Shown: piece after piece, positions 23,607 through 37,680 of the stretch
Layout: every line of letters starts with the position of its first letter
Position numbering within the stretch: position 1 is the stretch's first letter
DNA from: Takakia lepidozioides
Lineage: Eukaryota > Plantae > Bryophyta
NCBI GenBank assembly: GCA_030704615.1
Contig: CM060733.1
Span: 62,682,001 to 62,746,000 of the forward strand
DNA: 64,000 bases
Reading direction: 5' to 3'
Notes under the pieces: model-generated
Told to the model about the DNA's origin: nothing
Databases searched by the model: none
What the model saw: only the letters and a program-made list of their open reading frames with translations
Made by a program: the position numbers and the translations under genes

Positions 23607-24774
23607 TTGTAGAATGATAGTAATTTCTTTTTGAGTTAGGACATGGCCATTTTGAATGATTTTTTTTAGTATATTGTGCTTCATCGCTCCATTATCGCAT
23701 GAATAGGTCGATATTGTCTGATGCCATCGAATGGGAATGATAATGGATAAAAAATGAATGAAGAAGTGTTTAAGTTGGATGATATCTGTCATATGGTAGT
23801 CGAGGTAGTTCAGAAGCACGGTTAAGAAGTTTCTTGTTGAGGCAATTGGTCAGAGAGCCAGAGAGTCGTGACCGTGTGGAGGGTGAAGTGTAGGAAAATA
23901 GAACTTAGGAGCCATAGACTAGAACATACTCTGAAGATCGACTAGTTTTGCTGATGATGTTATTGAAGTTTTTAAAAAAAGAAAAAAAAGAAGGAGGAGA
24001 ATTATGGAGATCTGTCGCAAAGAGCCAGAGGAAGGAAGAGATGAAATAAGGAGGAATAAAGCAATATAAAATGAAAATCGAAAGTTATCAAATTGTGATG
24101 TGTTCATGAGATAGACAATATAGGAATTGAAGAATGGATTAGTGACGACACTAATGAATTAATAATTGGATTACCGGATGATATAACCAGGGAGATATTT
24201 AAGATATTATGTTGTATTGATTTAGTAATTCATTGGACACAAGGAGCTATCGGTGCTGTATACGGCGCTGTATATAGCTGCCTATTGGAAACATAATTGG
24301 GTAGAAGTTTGGTACAGACCTTTTGAACGTTATAGAGAAATGATGAAAGAGTGGAATCACAACTTTAGATTAAAGAGACTATTGATTGAATTAGATGAGC
24401 AGGATTGGTGGTAGAAACTACCTAGGGGAGCTTTTATGGTAGTGTTAGAGAGAGTATATTCCACATTTCACTGTCTGTCGTGTTTTCCCTAGAACGAATT
24501 CGTAGAACTAATTAATCCTGTTACTGGAATTAATTATAGATTTATATTACACCTTTTTGGCACCGGCAGCCGGGTAAAGACTTGGCGGTGAAATGTGATT
24601 ATATCATGTTCATGGGAACGCACTAGACATATGCGAGTTGAATGCGCCTGCCAGCCTGCCGGAGCCGGGACGCCCTGGGCGGGGCCCGCAGTCAAATCCC
24701 CACCCCCAAGCCGTGCCTTTATGCCTGTATTATAGTACAATACAAAACATTAAAAGTCTAAGGGTTTGCAAGAA

Positions 24775-24845
24775 AGCGGCGGGTAGCTTGGTGGCTGGAT
24801 ATATCAACCTTTAGTGCACGGGTGCCAGGTTTGAACCACGGCCAT
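24775..24845 (+). mobile_element. tRNA-derived SINE-like head (Pol III A and B boxes)
   Basis: A-box-like TAGCTTGGTGG at 24784-24794 and B-box-like GGTTTGAACC at 24828-24837, with tRNA-like spacing and no convincing cloverleaf. Confidence 0.4.
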
Positions 24846-24899
24846 GGTGTGATGAAAATTGTATGTTTAAGGATTTGAAGAATGTACCATCAACTTTTT

Positions 24900-25320
24900 A
24901 TATCTCCAAAAGAATTCTAAGTCCCGGATCTCCGCATCTCCAAAAGAATTCTAAGTCCCGGATCTCCGCTCCCCTGTTCCCAATCATTGCTCCCCTGTTC
25001 CCACATATATACCGCTCCCCTCTTCTCCTTGCTTCCCTGTGTTACTGCTTCCCTGATGCTATTGCTCCCCTCTGTTACTGCTCCGCCGCTCCCCTGTTAT
25101 CGCTCCCGGCTCCCTTGTGCTATTGCTCCCCTGTTTTACTGCTTCGTCGCTCCAATAACAGGGGAGCGGAGGAGTGGGGAGCAACAACAGGGAGCAGAGG
25201 AGCAGGGAGCAATAATAATGGGGGAGTGGAGGAGCGGAGGAGCGGGGAACAGGGGAGCAAGGGAGCGGGAACAGGAGAGCGCCGCAATGGGAACAAAGGA
25301 GCAAAGGCTGGGAACATGGA
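24900..25320. repeat. 34-bp tandem duplication followed by a low-complexity foldback repeat
   Basis: ATCTCCAAAAGAATTCTAAGTCCCGGATCTCCGC occurs twice. GCTCCCCTGT units run to ~25150, then the complementary ACAGGGGAGC units follow. Confidence 0.75.
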
Positions 25321-25886
25321 GGGTGGGACCCCCGGTGGGGTGTGAAGCATACACGAGGGAAGGGGGGGGGGGGGGATTTGACTGCGGGCCCAGTGGGGCC
25401 CTCCGGGGATCATACCAGCAAGCCTTGCACATGTGCGCATTAAACTCCCATCCTATGTCTAGTGTAAACCCGAAGAAGGGGGAGGTAACAATGATCGGGG
25501 AATTGGGCCATAAAAGTAAGGCGCTACACCCTGTACCTACAGATTGCCCTTATTGTAATGCCCATAAGTGCCATAAGAAATCACAATTTGAAGAAGGCTG
25601 TTGGAAAGTGGATGTTGGCAAGTCAAAGAAGTCTGATTTGAAAAGTATTAATTTTGAGTCTCTTCGCCACAAGCAATAGATCTCAATTTTCTCTCAATTT
25701 TTTTGGGTGGTGTATTGTAGTCTTGGGTGAAAATTTAATTTGTCATATCCTCCAGTTCTGGTTTTTTCAAGCTTTGAAAAACTGAAACTCTACAGCCTCT
25801 AAGGGCAAGTGAGGAGCTCTATTCTTCAACATAGTAAGGAGAATGGTTGCTAAGTGCTGAACTAGCCACCCTCAGGATACCCATCT

Positions 25887-28800
25887 CTACGTTGCATGCT
25901 CAGGTGCACTTGCCAATGGAGAAACTGAAGTAAACTGCTTGGCTCGCTCCCAAAGTGGCACCAATCTTTCCAAAGCCATAGTGTCCTGGTCATTCGATTG
26001 CAACCCTTCCAGAGCCTGCCCCATCTCTTTCAACAATTCACAACCAGACACGTTGATAGTGTCACCCAGTATGTTACCGTCATCTGATAGCTCACTGATG
26101 TCAGCGCACCCAAATAAGAGTTCAAGCTCTGCAGAACGTGCACTAGCTCTTTGCAGCAGTGTTTCTGGCATGCCTGCAAGACGGGCCACATTGACACCAT
26201 AACTTTTGGGGCAAGCCCCGAGTGAAAGTTTGTACAAAAAGGTTACTTCTTCAGACCCTCCCTCTGTGCTCCCAACTTTGCATGCCATATGACACAAAGC
26301 CACCTGAACAAAAGACACAGATCACAAGTGAGTATGACACAACAACAGTGTTATCCAAGATATTCCAGAACAGAGGCTCATTAAAGAAGAGAGGAATGGC
26401 CCTTGAGTGCTTTGTGAAGTTGAGCCACATTGCCCTAGCTATCAATTGAGAGGATGACAAATCAAACGTAAAGTAGGTAACGGACTCACAGTAGGATCTT
26501 TGGAGTGATCTGTGGCGAGGCGATGGTAATGGGTAGAAAACATGCCCCGACACCCAACATCATGTGCCAAGCGCTGTAACACAGCATGTCTGCATATGCA
26601 TTCTCAATGATGTTAGCCAACAGATGTGGCTGAGATGTTCTCCTTGTTAAGGCACCCATCCCATTGCATATCATTATGAACTCAGGCCTTTCACAGCATT
26701 CTGACTTTCAGGACGTTAGAAGGTCACCTTTGTAGGTCTACAACACCTTTAATACTGCCTGCAGAGGCAGATGGCAGCTTAACCGAACCACACATAGTGA
26801 GGCTCGTGTAACTGTGCTTGGGAGTACATCACGAGTTGCATGACTCCCGTCTAATTCCTGTAAGGGCTGAATCTCCTCTATGGACATTAGCTACTTCATT
26901 TCATCCACAAGATCTTGATAAGCCAAATCAGTAGCTTGAGAGAGTGAGCCCTCTCTCAGATAACTTACGCAATTGCTTGCCCATCTGAAGTCGCAGTCCC
27001 ACGGCCCAGCTCATCCAAAGCCACTAGGGAGTGCTTTGTTGCAGAGCGCTGCCAATCACCCAACCCGCCCTGAGTCAATCAACTGCTCATGCCAGTATGG
27101 CTAGCACATATGGGTCACTCCATACATGATCTTCTACATTCAAATAGAAACGAAAGACAAATATTTCTGCCAATATTGAAAGCAAATAACTCAACACAAA
27201 TACCTTCATCCAAAGCTCAGTGTTTCTTGATTAGAAAAAGGAAAAAAAAAATTAAGACGTCCAGAGAAAGCTCAAAGCGCTTACGGGACAAATGAAAGCA
27301 GGATACAAGAAAAATGTGGGGCCCTTAATAAGCAGCCCAAAAAACAACTAGTCATATGTCAAGTGATTCTCTAACATGGAGAGCGTCGTGTAGATATGCT
27401 GCCAAGCAATTCTGGTCCTCTTAGTGAAAGACCTCAGCCCTCAACGAGGGATTGGCTGTCACAGAATAGTCAGTGGTATTGGACCGCGATAACATAGTAG
27501 AGAGGACAAGAGTTCTTCAGGCTAAATCTCCTCTAATGCAAGCAGGGCACAAGCAGTCAGATTGTCCCATCTGCCAGTCTGTATTCACAGGCTGTATGAG
27601 CCCACCCTGACTGAACCTTCCAAATGCCCATAGAAGAGCCGGAGATAGAGAATTGGGCTGTAAGATTCTGGCGTCACATAGGACCAGGAAGGTATCACTG
27701 CAGAACTGCAGTCCTGTTTAAGGATTCTGTGGTTTCCAAGTAAGCTGAACAAAGAGAACATTGAGCCGTACAGCCTGATAAGCGCTTAGAATTGTTCAAT
27801 TTCTTAGGGGTAATACCCACCAGCATGGATGCTGTTTCTAGAAGCTCCACAAGAAAGGTGCTTTGGCCAGCCATTATGTGATCCCGGGCTCCCATGCGAA
27901 CAAAAACCTGATCCACAGGCGACAGCTCCAAATGATTGGCTGGCACATCTGATCCAACCTGTCTCCCAAAACCACCACCCAGAAAACGAACAAATTTTGT
28001 AAATTAAAGAAGACCAGGTGTTGTCCTTCGACATCTATCTTGGATTCATCTCCTGGTCCTGCTGATAATCTGCTCCCACCAACTTATCACCATCAGAAAA
28101 TGGGTTGGAGAACCAAACTCTGCATATAAAACAAGCATCTCATCATAACACACCCTAACAAATCTCAGTCTTTACATAACTGCAAACGGATTGTGGAGAA
28201 ACATCTTAGAAACGCCAACTAATTAAGATCATAACTCACTTCTTCTGATTTTCATTGGCAAATTCTCAGTTTCTTATCTAAGGTTTGTTTGAAGAACCCG
28301 ATGCCCTTTGTGCCAGGGCAAGTTTGCCACGCAGCTGTGCCTCAAATCTCAGAGGAAGAGCAGAGAGCCTACCTGGGCCAGAATGATAGCAAGGCACACT
28401 TGGCGCAGAAGGGTAGATTTTCCACCCATATTGGGCCCAGTCAGCAGCATGAACGGTGCCATGCTTGTGCCACCCAGGGTCACATCATTTGGTACAAAAG
28501 AAGTGCCGCTAGCTAGAGTAACCCCTAGGGTAGGGTGGCATAACCCCATGGCACGTATCCATGGGGCGTCGTTCTCAGCTTCTGAGAAAGTAGGTGTACA
28601 AGTTGGACCGTCTGCATACAGGCTGGCTGTTGCCAAGCTTATCAACACGTCCACCTCTGCATGCATGCCCTCTTTTAGACATCGTACTTTTGCAGTTATT
28701 GCATGAGACAAACCTCCCTCTCCAACAACATCCCTTGGCTACCGAATGTGGAGGCACACCACCCCCACTTCCCCATCAAGCAACAATGAGGCCACAACTG

Positions 28801-31800
28801 CCAGGCAATACTAGTGATAATGGGGTGGAAGGCTTAACAGTGTCAGGAACACCCAGGGTTACCTGCAATGGCTTTCACTGCTGAAACCCAGATAGAAAGA
28901 TCTTCACAGAAATGACGAACCAAGCGCAGCAGAATGCCCTGCAAGGCACCTTCCCGCCGTTCCTGTCCAGCAGCCATCTCTTGGAGCAGCTCCCTTATTT
29001 CTGGAGTCCAATACCGCCGGTACCCCTGCCAATACTCAAATTTCACAACTCAATAAATCAGATCCAAAACAGCTTTCATTTCCATCTCTTGCAATATTAG
29101 AGCAGACACGAACGGTATTGCAGATAAGATGCCGTTTCCATTTTGACAGTCTGACTCTTCCATTTCAAAACCGAAAAGATGTGCACAAAGGCAGCACAGA
29201 AGCGAACCTTGCGTGAAGAGCGCACTTCAAAGTCAGAAGGCACCTTCGAAAGCAGGCGGTCTGGCACTTCGATCTGATATGCTTCCTTCCCTACAGTCAA
29301 ATACAAAATCTCCCCTCCCACCAGCTCCTTGTCAGCACAATTACGATAAGCACCTCATATAGAATTGAAAATATTAACAAGCGCGGGAGACCCTAGCTGT
29401 TTGATACTATGTAGCCGGAGATGATTGCCTCTTTTCTGCCCTTGTACCAGCTCCCGTCAACCAAGCCCGCTATTTAGAACTGAAGTCAAAATACTTTTGG
29501 GACGTGGTAGCTGACTGATAAAGCATAACCTGAGATGATGTTCAGGAGACCAACCTCTGACAAATTGCCGAAGTGACGACGCTGCTTATCCAAGTAAGCA
29601 GCTAACTTTCCCTCTACACCAATGACCAAGGCAGCCGCTGCGTCGAAGTCATCATCCATACCTTCACGTGGCACAATTCGACCTGATTTCTCAGCTTCTA
29701 CCCAGTCAAATGCTGCCTCAAAGTGCTTAAGAAGTGACTTCATTTTTGGCATTCTCTTCCCTGTCCAAACACACACATGACAGGCAAAAACAGGAAAGTG
29801 TCACGAAACTGCAACTCCATAAGATTCCTCTAACACAGCAACAACTTGTGCTGAAAACAAGCACACAGTTGAGAGGGACTTAGAGCCAGAATTTGAAGCA
29901 GAAAATGTCATTAAGTTAAAGGGATTAATGACAGGGGACATGTCACCCACCTGGAGTGAGCAGATGCTTTAAATAAGTGGAAGAGAGGTGCAGCAAGCAG
30001 GCATCAAAGGAGGCAGCTGCCTGAAGCATTGTCCTGCAGCCACGCAAGGCCGCTGTGAACTGGAGCACTTGCTTCTTGCCCACATCTTCGTACATAACCA
30101 CTTTTGCAGCATTTCTCCCCTGGGCTCCACTGCCATACAATGTTATGCATCAAAACCTGCGTTTCAGCTAGAGCCCAGTAAACTTTGAGCTCACATTTCA
30201 GAGGTAACCCAACATATAATGAGAACGCCACATTCAAGGTGAAGTAGAACATTCAAAGCTGAAAATACAAGGCACGAGAAAAGCAAAAATTTGGGGAGAG
30301 AACAATCCTTCAAGTGAAGTCGCACAGAAGTCGAAACATAATTAGAGAGGAAACCAAGAAGAATGCTCTCTGATAACTTAGTGCGTCAACTACACTGTCT
30401 AATCATACTGTTACAGACACGCAGCTCGCAGTCAACAGCAATGCAAACAAGAGCCAAACCTGCTAGCATGCAGCCGGGCCAGCAAGCGTTCCATGTCAGG
30501 TACCCCTGTCAACTCCTTCCTGAAGGACATTACGGCCTCTTCTGCCACCCCCTGCATGCCCATCCCATCACTCTGTTTAGAGCCTGATTGTATTTTCAGT
30601 GCACCTTAGGCATGTCTGTAAGCAAGGTTAACACATGCTGAGGCCCCTCATCCTTTCCTCTGCTACCACGTGTAGAGCTTTTTTATCGTGGTCTATGAGA
30701 TACATAAGCAGAGAGGGCATAACTTAAAAAGATCCAAGATTGCTGCCCATTGATCCTCACGAGTGAAGTCTGTATCCTGAGTCTATGTGGGCCCATTCTT
30801 GACAAACAGGCAAAGTTTGAGTAGTGGAAACACGTTAATGTAGACTTGACACCTTCAGATCAACGAGGGCAAGCTGGCGCTGTTGGATGGACTCCATCTG
30901 CAGCAGAGGCCTGGCAAGCCAGCCTCTCAGCAGCCTCCGACCAAAGGGAGTAACACAGTAATCCAATTGCGCCAGCAAAGTCCTGCTCAAAATATGAATG
31001 TTACAATGACCTTATCCAAATGTGTTGTAGTTAGGCTTGCCCACAACCAAGCACACAGCCTCCAGAATACTCACACTGTAGTCCTGAATTGAGAACACAG
31101 TTGACACATGCTTCAATGCTTCCTAATTGCCAGCAGGATACAAACCAGAGGCACAAGCAGCCATACAGCGACACAACTTACCCAGACGTTCCACCCATGC
31201 GGTTCTCAAGGACCTCCAAATTCCCCAAAGTTGCAGCATCAAGCACCATGTGTGGCTCCAGCTTGTCCTCAGCAATATTTACAGCTTGATCTTCAATACT
31301 GGACCTTGTCAACCCAAGCCCCCCTTCACTGGTGGCAGCAACAAGAAAGGCATCAGAGCCTGGAAGCAGCTCAATACGGCCAGATGCCAGTAACGTTTTG
31401 TCAAGCAATGCCTGCCGCAAGTAATAGACACACGCTCCCATAGCCGACAAAACCAGTTCTCCTCTCTTTCCTGCCTGTGCCATGTGCCTAAGAACCTTCG
31501 GCAAATGCTCCTCTCTTGCACCTTCCTTCTGATTTGCACCCTTGAGATGAGTATACAGCGCCTTGATTTGGTCAAGGGATTCTTCTGCATCCCAAAACTC
31601 TGAACCAGGATTTAGATCATTGACCAACGGTTGCCTGGTATGATCCCGCAGTGCACGTAAGGTAGCACTGGTAAGTAGACCACGCGGTGTGATCAGCTCT
31701 ACTGGCCTCAGCTCCGCGAGTACTGAGCACAGGTGTGTTCTCGCGGCGTCATCCTCGAACTGCATCCATGGACACCCTGAAGTTAGCAGCAGCTTCATCC

Positions 31801-34800
31801 ACTATAGCCCACTTCTGCTAGCCATTGAATCAAAACTTAATGCCTCTCCTACAACAAAGTTGCAGGCAAAGAAAGAGAGTAGGAGGACAATAACTTCAAC
31901 AGTTCTACTGGTGAGACGTGGAACAAGCAGGGAAGAAATTTGGTAGCACCTGGCCCAGCTGGAAGCAACTTGTGGAGGCATCCACCACGCAGAGGCCCAC
32001 CATAGATGCATCATCAGGTAGAGCACACTCAGTCACTGACAATATATGTGACGCCTCAGAGACAGCACCCGCCATGTCCCCCTCGATTAGTGTACCTTTG
32101 GTAATCACCGCACATACTTCGCGCTTAACCACCTGCACTCAATCAAATGAGCATACAAACTTGGATGGAACCTGCAGCCAGAAGTGAAGCACACTAGAAT
32201 CATAAGGTATCTGTCTCTACCTTGTCCTTAGATCCTGTCTGCTTCCGGCGTTTCTCAAGCTGATCAGGTGTTTCAGTCTGCTCGACCACGAGCACCCGGT
32301 ATCCCTACTCCGATCCATACCCAACATTTCCAGAGTATTTCGCTTAGAAAACCCTGTTCACAATACAGGCATCCAATGCCACAACTGCCAGCACACTGAA
32401 CTTCAATCAACCAAGAAACCAAGAACTTCCATGAGGTGGCTTGTCATCTAACTGAGAAGACAAATGTGAATCCATGCCAACTGCCCTCCTACCTTGCGAG
32501 CCAACTTTTCAGCGTTGTCAGAGAAATTCTTTTCGGGGAAGCCACAATGAGGTTGCTCACCCTGGACATACAATGCTTCCCAAGATTAGTCGCAAGTCCT
32601 GTGTTCTGTTCTAAACCCACCAGAGAGAAAGAGCAGAGAACCTGGTGTGTCACATACATTGAGGCAGGTGGTGAGAAGGCATGCTATAGAAAAGGAGATG
32701 ATTACAGGGAGGAAGGAGTGAAGCCAGGAACTTGTACTCAACCCACTTGAGTGGAAATTCAGAGTAGTCACATGCAAGCATTGATGCACACAACATATCA
32801 CATCCAAGGTTGGAAATATTCCCATTCCTTCACATCTGAAGGAACTCCCTTTCCAGCTCAAGTGCTTAAGCTTCTTTGCTCTTTTAAAATCAAATGATTA
32901 TGCCTATTTGATTTTGGAGCATCACAAGTGACATCAACATTTGTATCTCAAATTTGTCAACATTCAGGGATTGGACCTTCATATACTGGAGATCAAGTTC
33001 CTTTGCAGCTATGTGTGCATCCATCTCGAACATCTCATAGAACTTTCCCATCTGCAGACACATGGTCCACCCACATTGGTCATTGTCCACATAGTTGGCA
33101 GGCCATGCCAGCTAAGTCTGTTAGTGGACCGGACTCACCTTGAAGAGCAACACCTTATCCATATGCTTGGCCTTGAATTCCCACCATTGCCGCTGCATAG
33201 GCCACTACCGTACATCAGTGCCTGTCCTGGATATAGACCATCCAACCTTCAGGACTGCTTGCAAATGTTTCCTTTACACAAACACATGGAGTGTACCTGA
33301 CCCCCTGAGAGTGCCTTCAGAAAGTTCGGAGGTAAAAACAAAGTGCATGGATTATAATCGGGGTCTGCAGGCCTTCTATGAGCAGCATCCCGGCGGTCCC
33401 TGCAAGAGCCAATTGACTGTAATTAGTGCGAAGATCCAATCTGGGGTTGCTCAAACACAACGTTATCCACATGGTGACAAGTCAAAGAGTGTCTGCCAGA
33501 AATTGAAACATCTTAACTCCACTGCTCCCCGCATGGCCTTGATAGTACAGTGGATTATTACCATCCTCACCAAGGTCTCAGGACTGATCTCCGCTGCACA
33601 TGCATTTGCTGGAACATAAACAACACACTGTAACACTCAGATGCAAGCCTAAGGACAAAGGAACACTTACTTCCCAAGAAACTTGAATTTCTGGGCGTCA
33701 CGACCACTAAACCGATCAGCTGCTTCTCCAGCTAAAGAAGCCTGAGGTTCAACCCTTGTTTTTGAGTCTGCAAAGACCATGTTTTGCATTGCAACGCTAA
33801 GCTAGATAACAACCTTGTCTCTGCCCACATCTGATACAAAATGCAAACCCAATGCCACATGCAGAACAAAGGCAAACTTTAGCAGTGGATGATAGAGCAA
33901 AGTCATACAATGGCAATCCCCATTCCAGAGCAGTGCAAAGTCTGATCCATTTTAGACTCTCTCTCAACTTCCCACCTTAAACCCTCTTCAACCCACATGT
34001 GTTGCAAGGCCACACCTATTTCAGCATCTTTCAAGTTGCTGCCCCTGCCATCTAGTCCTGAGACAGTGGTTGTTGTACTAGCTAAGAGCTCTTGTTGCAC
34101 AAAGCCTCCGTTCACACTTCCAGCCATGTCTATGTGATCGTTGCTCTTTTTCACTAACCGCCTTTTTCGGGTTGCACAGGAGAACTCACTGGCTGGCCTC
34201 TTGGGATTCTGCTTTGCCTTCAGATCATCAACAACAGCCTCATCCTCAACCTCGTCATCCGGACAGTAAGCGTCTACATCACTAATATCCTCCATACTGA
34301 CACGATCCCAGTCAACGTCATCGTCACTACCAGAGTCACTGAAATCAACATTCTTAGCGACCGCATATCTCACTTGGCGGCGTGCTCGAAGGGGTCTACC
34401 CGCTATCGCCCCTCCTTCCTCGCCAGCGCTATTTCTCGGAGCTGGTTGATCCCCACATGGTTGGTGGCGGTTTTTACGCTCCTTTGGAGCTGACTTAGAT
34501 TTGTGGGGCTGGCGCTGATCATGGGCAGCCCATTTTGAGGCTTGGCCACTTCCTGTTTTCTCAAATTGCTCTAGCCACTCCAGCTTCTCTCTCCGGAGAG
34601 ACACGCTTTCTTCTTCACCATCATCGTACAGAACCACATGCTTTCCTAGCAATGGATTGTACGATTTCACACAGCCTGTGTACCAGGCCTTGTCTAAAGG
34701 CCAATACAGCTTCAGTCTCTTTCCAATCACCGTCTCCGGGCTGCTAATCGCAGCTGCCTCCACGGGCAAGCATGTGTTCTCAGCAAGTGGGAACCTTTTT

Positions 34801-35210
34801 GCAAGCTTTTTCCCAGAACCCCTGACAGATGTTACATGCGATTTAGCAGAGCCCGCTGTGTCGATTGGAGATGGGGTGGGAGCAGAGGATACGGTCTTTC
34901 CTTCTGGATTAGTCTCCGGCGAGGCCACATCGTAGTCTCCTTCACTGTCATTCTGCCTCCAGCCCGTCCGGCGGCGTTTCGAAGGGGCCTCACCTTCTTC
35001 CGGACGAGCCCCAGATTTTGCAGTGCCGGCATCGATGTGACCAATTTCCGAAGCTGGTTTCTTCACCTCCAAAGTGGACTTCGGAGCGTCCGTGTTACCA
35101 ATCAGCAACGATGGTTTGTTCGTAGATTTGTGTTTGGTGTTTGCAGCTGAGAAGAAGGACGCAATGGTTCGTTGAGGCCCACCTCCGTCTGATCGCTTTT
35201 TGGAGGCCAT
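25887..35210 (-). CDS. MSH6: DNA mismatch repair protein MSH6 (MutS-alpha subunit), ~20 exons
   Basis: N-terminal QRTIASFF PIP-box and Tudor domain (IGKRLKLYWPLDKAWYTGCV). Mismatch-binding QWWEFK...FK|MGKFYEMFEMDA, then GEQPHCGFPE, GYRVLVVEQTETP, Walker A LTGPNMGGKSTLLRQ, GQSTFLVEL, LDELGRGTATSDG, FSTHYH and GACPKSYG. Approximate exons: 35210-34017, ~33770-33671, 33400-33297, 33192-33139, 33051-32977, 32561-32493, 32304-32221, 32132-31950, 31759-31182, 30983-30853, 30551-30460, ~30130-29951, 29761-29574, ~29310-29209, 29025-28862, ~28700-28373, 27958-27821, 27049-26968, ~26590-26490, 26303-25887. Confidence 0.95.
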
Positions 35211-35842
35211 GGCTGATTGCTAAACCGCAGGCCTGGCTCACTTTGGGCCTCCAACCGGGCCTCAGCAGTGCAATGCCAAGCAAATTCAAATGCCTCGGAA
35301 GAGTTGAGGCTTTCTTGTTGCTTCCAAACAACCACACCTCTCTAGGGCTCCAAGCCGCACATCAACAAAAATTCTTGCAAGCTCCCATGAACTCTGGCCC
35401 TCAGAAGACAGAGAGTCTTCAATCCTCTCATGCGCTCCATCGCATGGCAGCATCGCTGTTCCCGCGCTATTCAGGACGGAGGCGGGAGCACCTCCTACCT
35501 ACCCAGCCCTTTTTTTGGCCCTGCCTTTAGCAGGGACTATGCATTCGTTTGCATGGAAGCACCTTAAGACTTTATATGATGAAATCCTCTACAGCTTTAT
35601 TTACAGGAAACATGAGGTATTTGAACATAACCGATTTTTAGAGCAGACTCGCTGACGTGGCGTGTTTCTACTGGATTTGAGGAGGAGTGCTGTATGTGGT
35701 ATTCTAGGACCTACTAGATTTTAACTACCTACCTACCTGCTGCGGGGATGAAAACTTCATATCACAGCTCCAAATGGATAGAAAACGTGGTGGTAGGTAC
35801 GTACAAGGGTAAACTGACTGGCTCGCTGCCCTTAAAACTGGT

Positions 35843-35974
35843 TAGGTAGCGCACAAGAGGAGCCCCCGCTACCGGATATAGCAGGTAGCCATGACATCTC
35901 GCCGCTAACGTGGCTCGGTAGGTCCTGGCTCCCTGCTATATCCGGTAGTAGGGGCTCCTCTCGAATGCTACCTA
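35843..35974. mobile_element. MITE-like 130-bp inverted repeat upstream of MSH6
   Basis: Arms GAGGAGCCCCCGCTACCGGATATAGCAGG / CCTGCTATATCCGGTAGTAGGGGCTCCTC (2 mismatches in 29), extended by TAGGTAGC / GCTACCTA. Possible TA target duplication. Confidence 0.6.
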
Positions 35975-36844
35975 GTCCATAAGATAGAAAAACCCCAAAA
36001 CCTGGGAGAGGGCAAAGAAGGGAGGAACCACCTTAATTATTTCATTTTTCTTATGAACGTATGTGCCATAGCTGGCATGGCTTGTGCGCGATGTGAGTCA
36101 TGCCTATCCCACACATACCTGCCAGCTCAGCTGTTCTATTAATTAACCCCTAAACGACGTGGGGGGGGGTTGACTTTACCAAAAAGTCCAGGGCACACAG
36201 CATGAAGGTATGGTTGGCACAGAATGGAACATGTAAGTGCGGGTAAGCCCGTGGGGCTTGCAAGTATCGAGTGAGAGAAAATGTACTCTCAATGCTTCTG
36301 TCCTTGCGCCATTGCGTGAGAAGTAAAGCGAGTGTGTAATCTGTTACATCTGCCATAGCTACAAAACTAGTGCTTTGATTGCCCCTGCCGTCGAGACCTT
36401 GGCTATTCAGAGCCACCCCGACTCTTCCGCTCATAACACTTCTTATTTCTTGTTCTTGTTTCTTAGAGGGAACCACCTGCATGTAATTCGCACTCCTGAT
36501 TGGCTATGGACTGCTTAGGTAATTTCTTAATTCCACCCCCCTCCATGGACATTCCCACCTGGAATGTCCAGTAGGACAACACGGGGGGTTGCTATTCCAT
36601 GAGCTCATGAGCTCATGAGCGGGCATGGCTCACCCATGAGCCGCAAAGTAACACACTTCGAATTTCGGCAGATTTTTTTCGGGCCCAAAACTATAAAATA
36701 ATCAAAAGTAGTATAATAAGAGAAGGTTTTCGAAGATTTCCGCGCTCATGCTGGAAGCACTCCGCTCATAAGTACCAGTGTCCGCTCATGACTTGGAGCC
36801 CAGGCTCATGGACTGCCAGGCCAGGTCATAGAAAAACTGAATTC

Positions 36845-37330
36845 TGGGCAATAACGGCACCGAAAGTATCCCAGAGGCAGAGATGCAAGCGGAATTAGGA
36901 TCCGGGTTTGCAGACTCCAAAAACGCAATGGTGACCTATAACCGTGGATAGTACAGTTGCAGAAGTGCAGGAAGGTTGGGTATAACGGCGTCGTAATTGG
37001 GCACAGGAAAAGAAATAGCCGGCTGAAGGCTCGGGAGTGAAGCCAATAACGGTGCCGAAATTGGGCTCCGCCAACCAAATACCTGGCTAAAGCCTCCGGA
37101 GTGCAGCCAATAACGGCGCCGAAATTGGCCCCGGAAACCAAATACTCGGCTGAAGCCACCGGAGTGCAGCCGATAACGGCGTCGAAATAGGGGTCCGGAA
37201 ACTAAATACCCGGCTGAAGGCTGGGTAGTGCAACCAATAACGGCGCCGAAAACGGGCTCCGGAAACAAAATTCTCAGTTGAAGCTTCCGCAGTCCATCCA
37301 ATAACGGCGCCGAAATTGGGCTCCGGAGAG
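36845..37330. repeat. Subterminal ~64-bp tandem repeats with CCAATAACGGCGCCGAAA
   Basis: Cores at ~36850, 36982, 37044, 37108, 37172, 37235 and 37299. Confidence 0.85.
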
Positions 37331-37680
37331 CAATTACCCGCCTTACGGTGAGGGAGTTTTGCAAACTCTCCTGAAACTGGTGCGGATTTGTGTAATAAAA
37401 GCACACATGTCGGAGGAAATAGAAGTTCTGCCGCATACGACATTGGCAGTGCAGCAATGATATATCCCTCTTCCGCCGGCCTCGCTCTCATTTTGCTCTT
37501 CACTCTTCTCTGTTGTGCCCATCTCCTCCCTGCTCTGAGTTCTTGCTGTGTCATGAGGCCATGTCGTGCCCGAATCACATCTATCGACGCCAGACGTGAG
37601 TCATTGTCCCGAAAGCAGACGACATCATTATCTTACTAGATGTCTACAGGGACGATCTTCGTCTTGTCCAGCTAAGAGCA

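Noticed and set aside
24775-24845. Functional tRNA gene
   Set aside because: No acceptor stem or anticodon arm could be folded; kept only as SINE-like.
22578-25679. ORFs over the 10-bp minisatellite and the foldback repeat
   Set aside because: Low-complexity open frames in several frames and strands with no protein motifs.
25887-35210. MSH7 instead of MSH6
   Set aside because: The N-terminal Tudor domain and an intact clamp region (YQIEVP...SSRKGYRRYWTP) fit MSH6.
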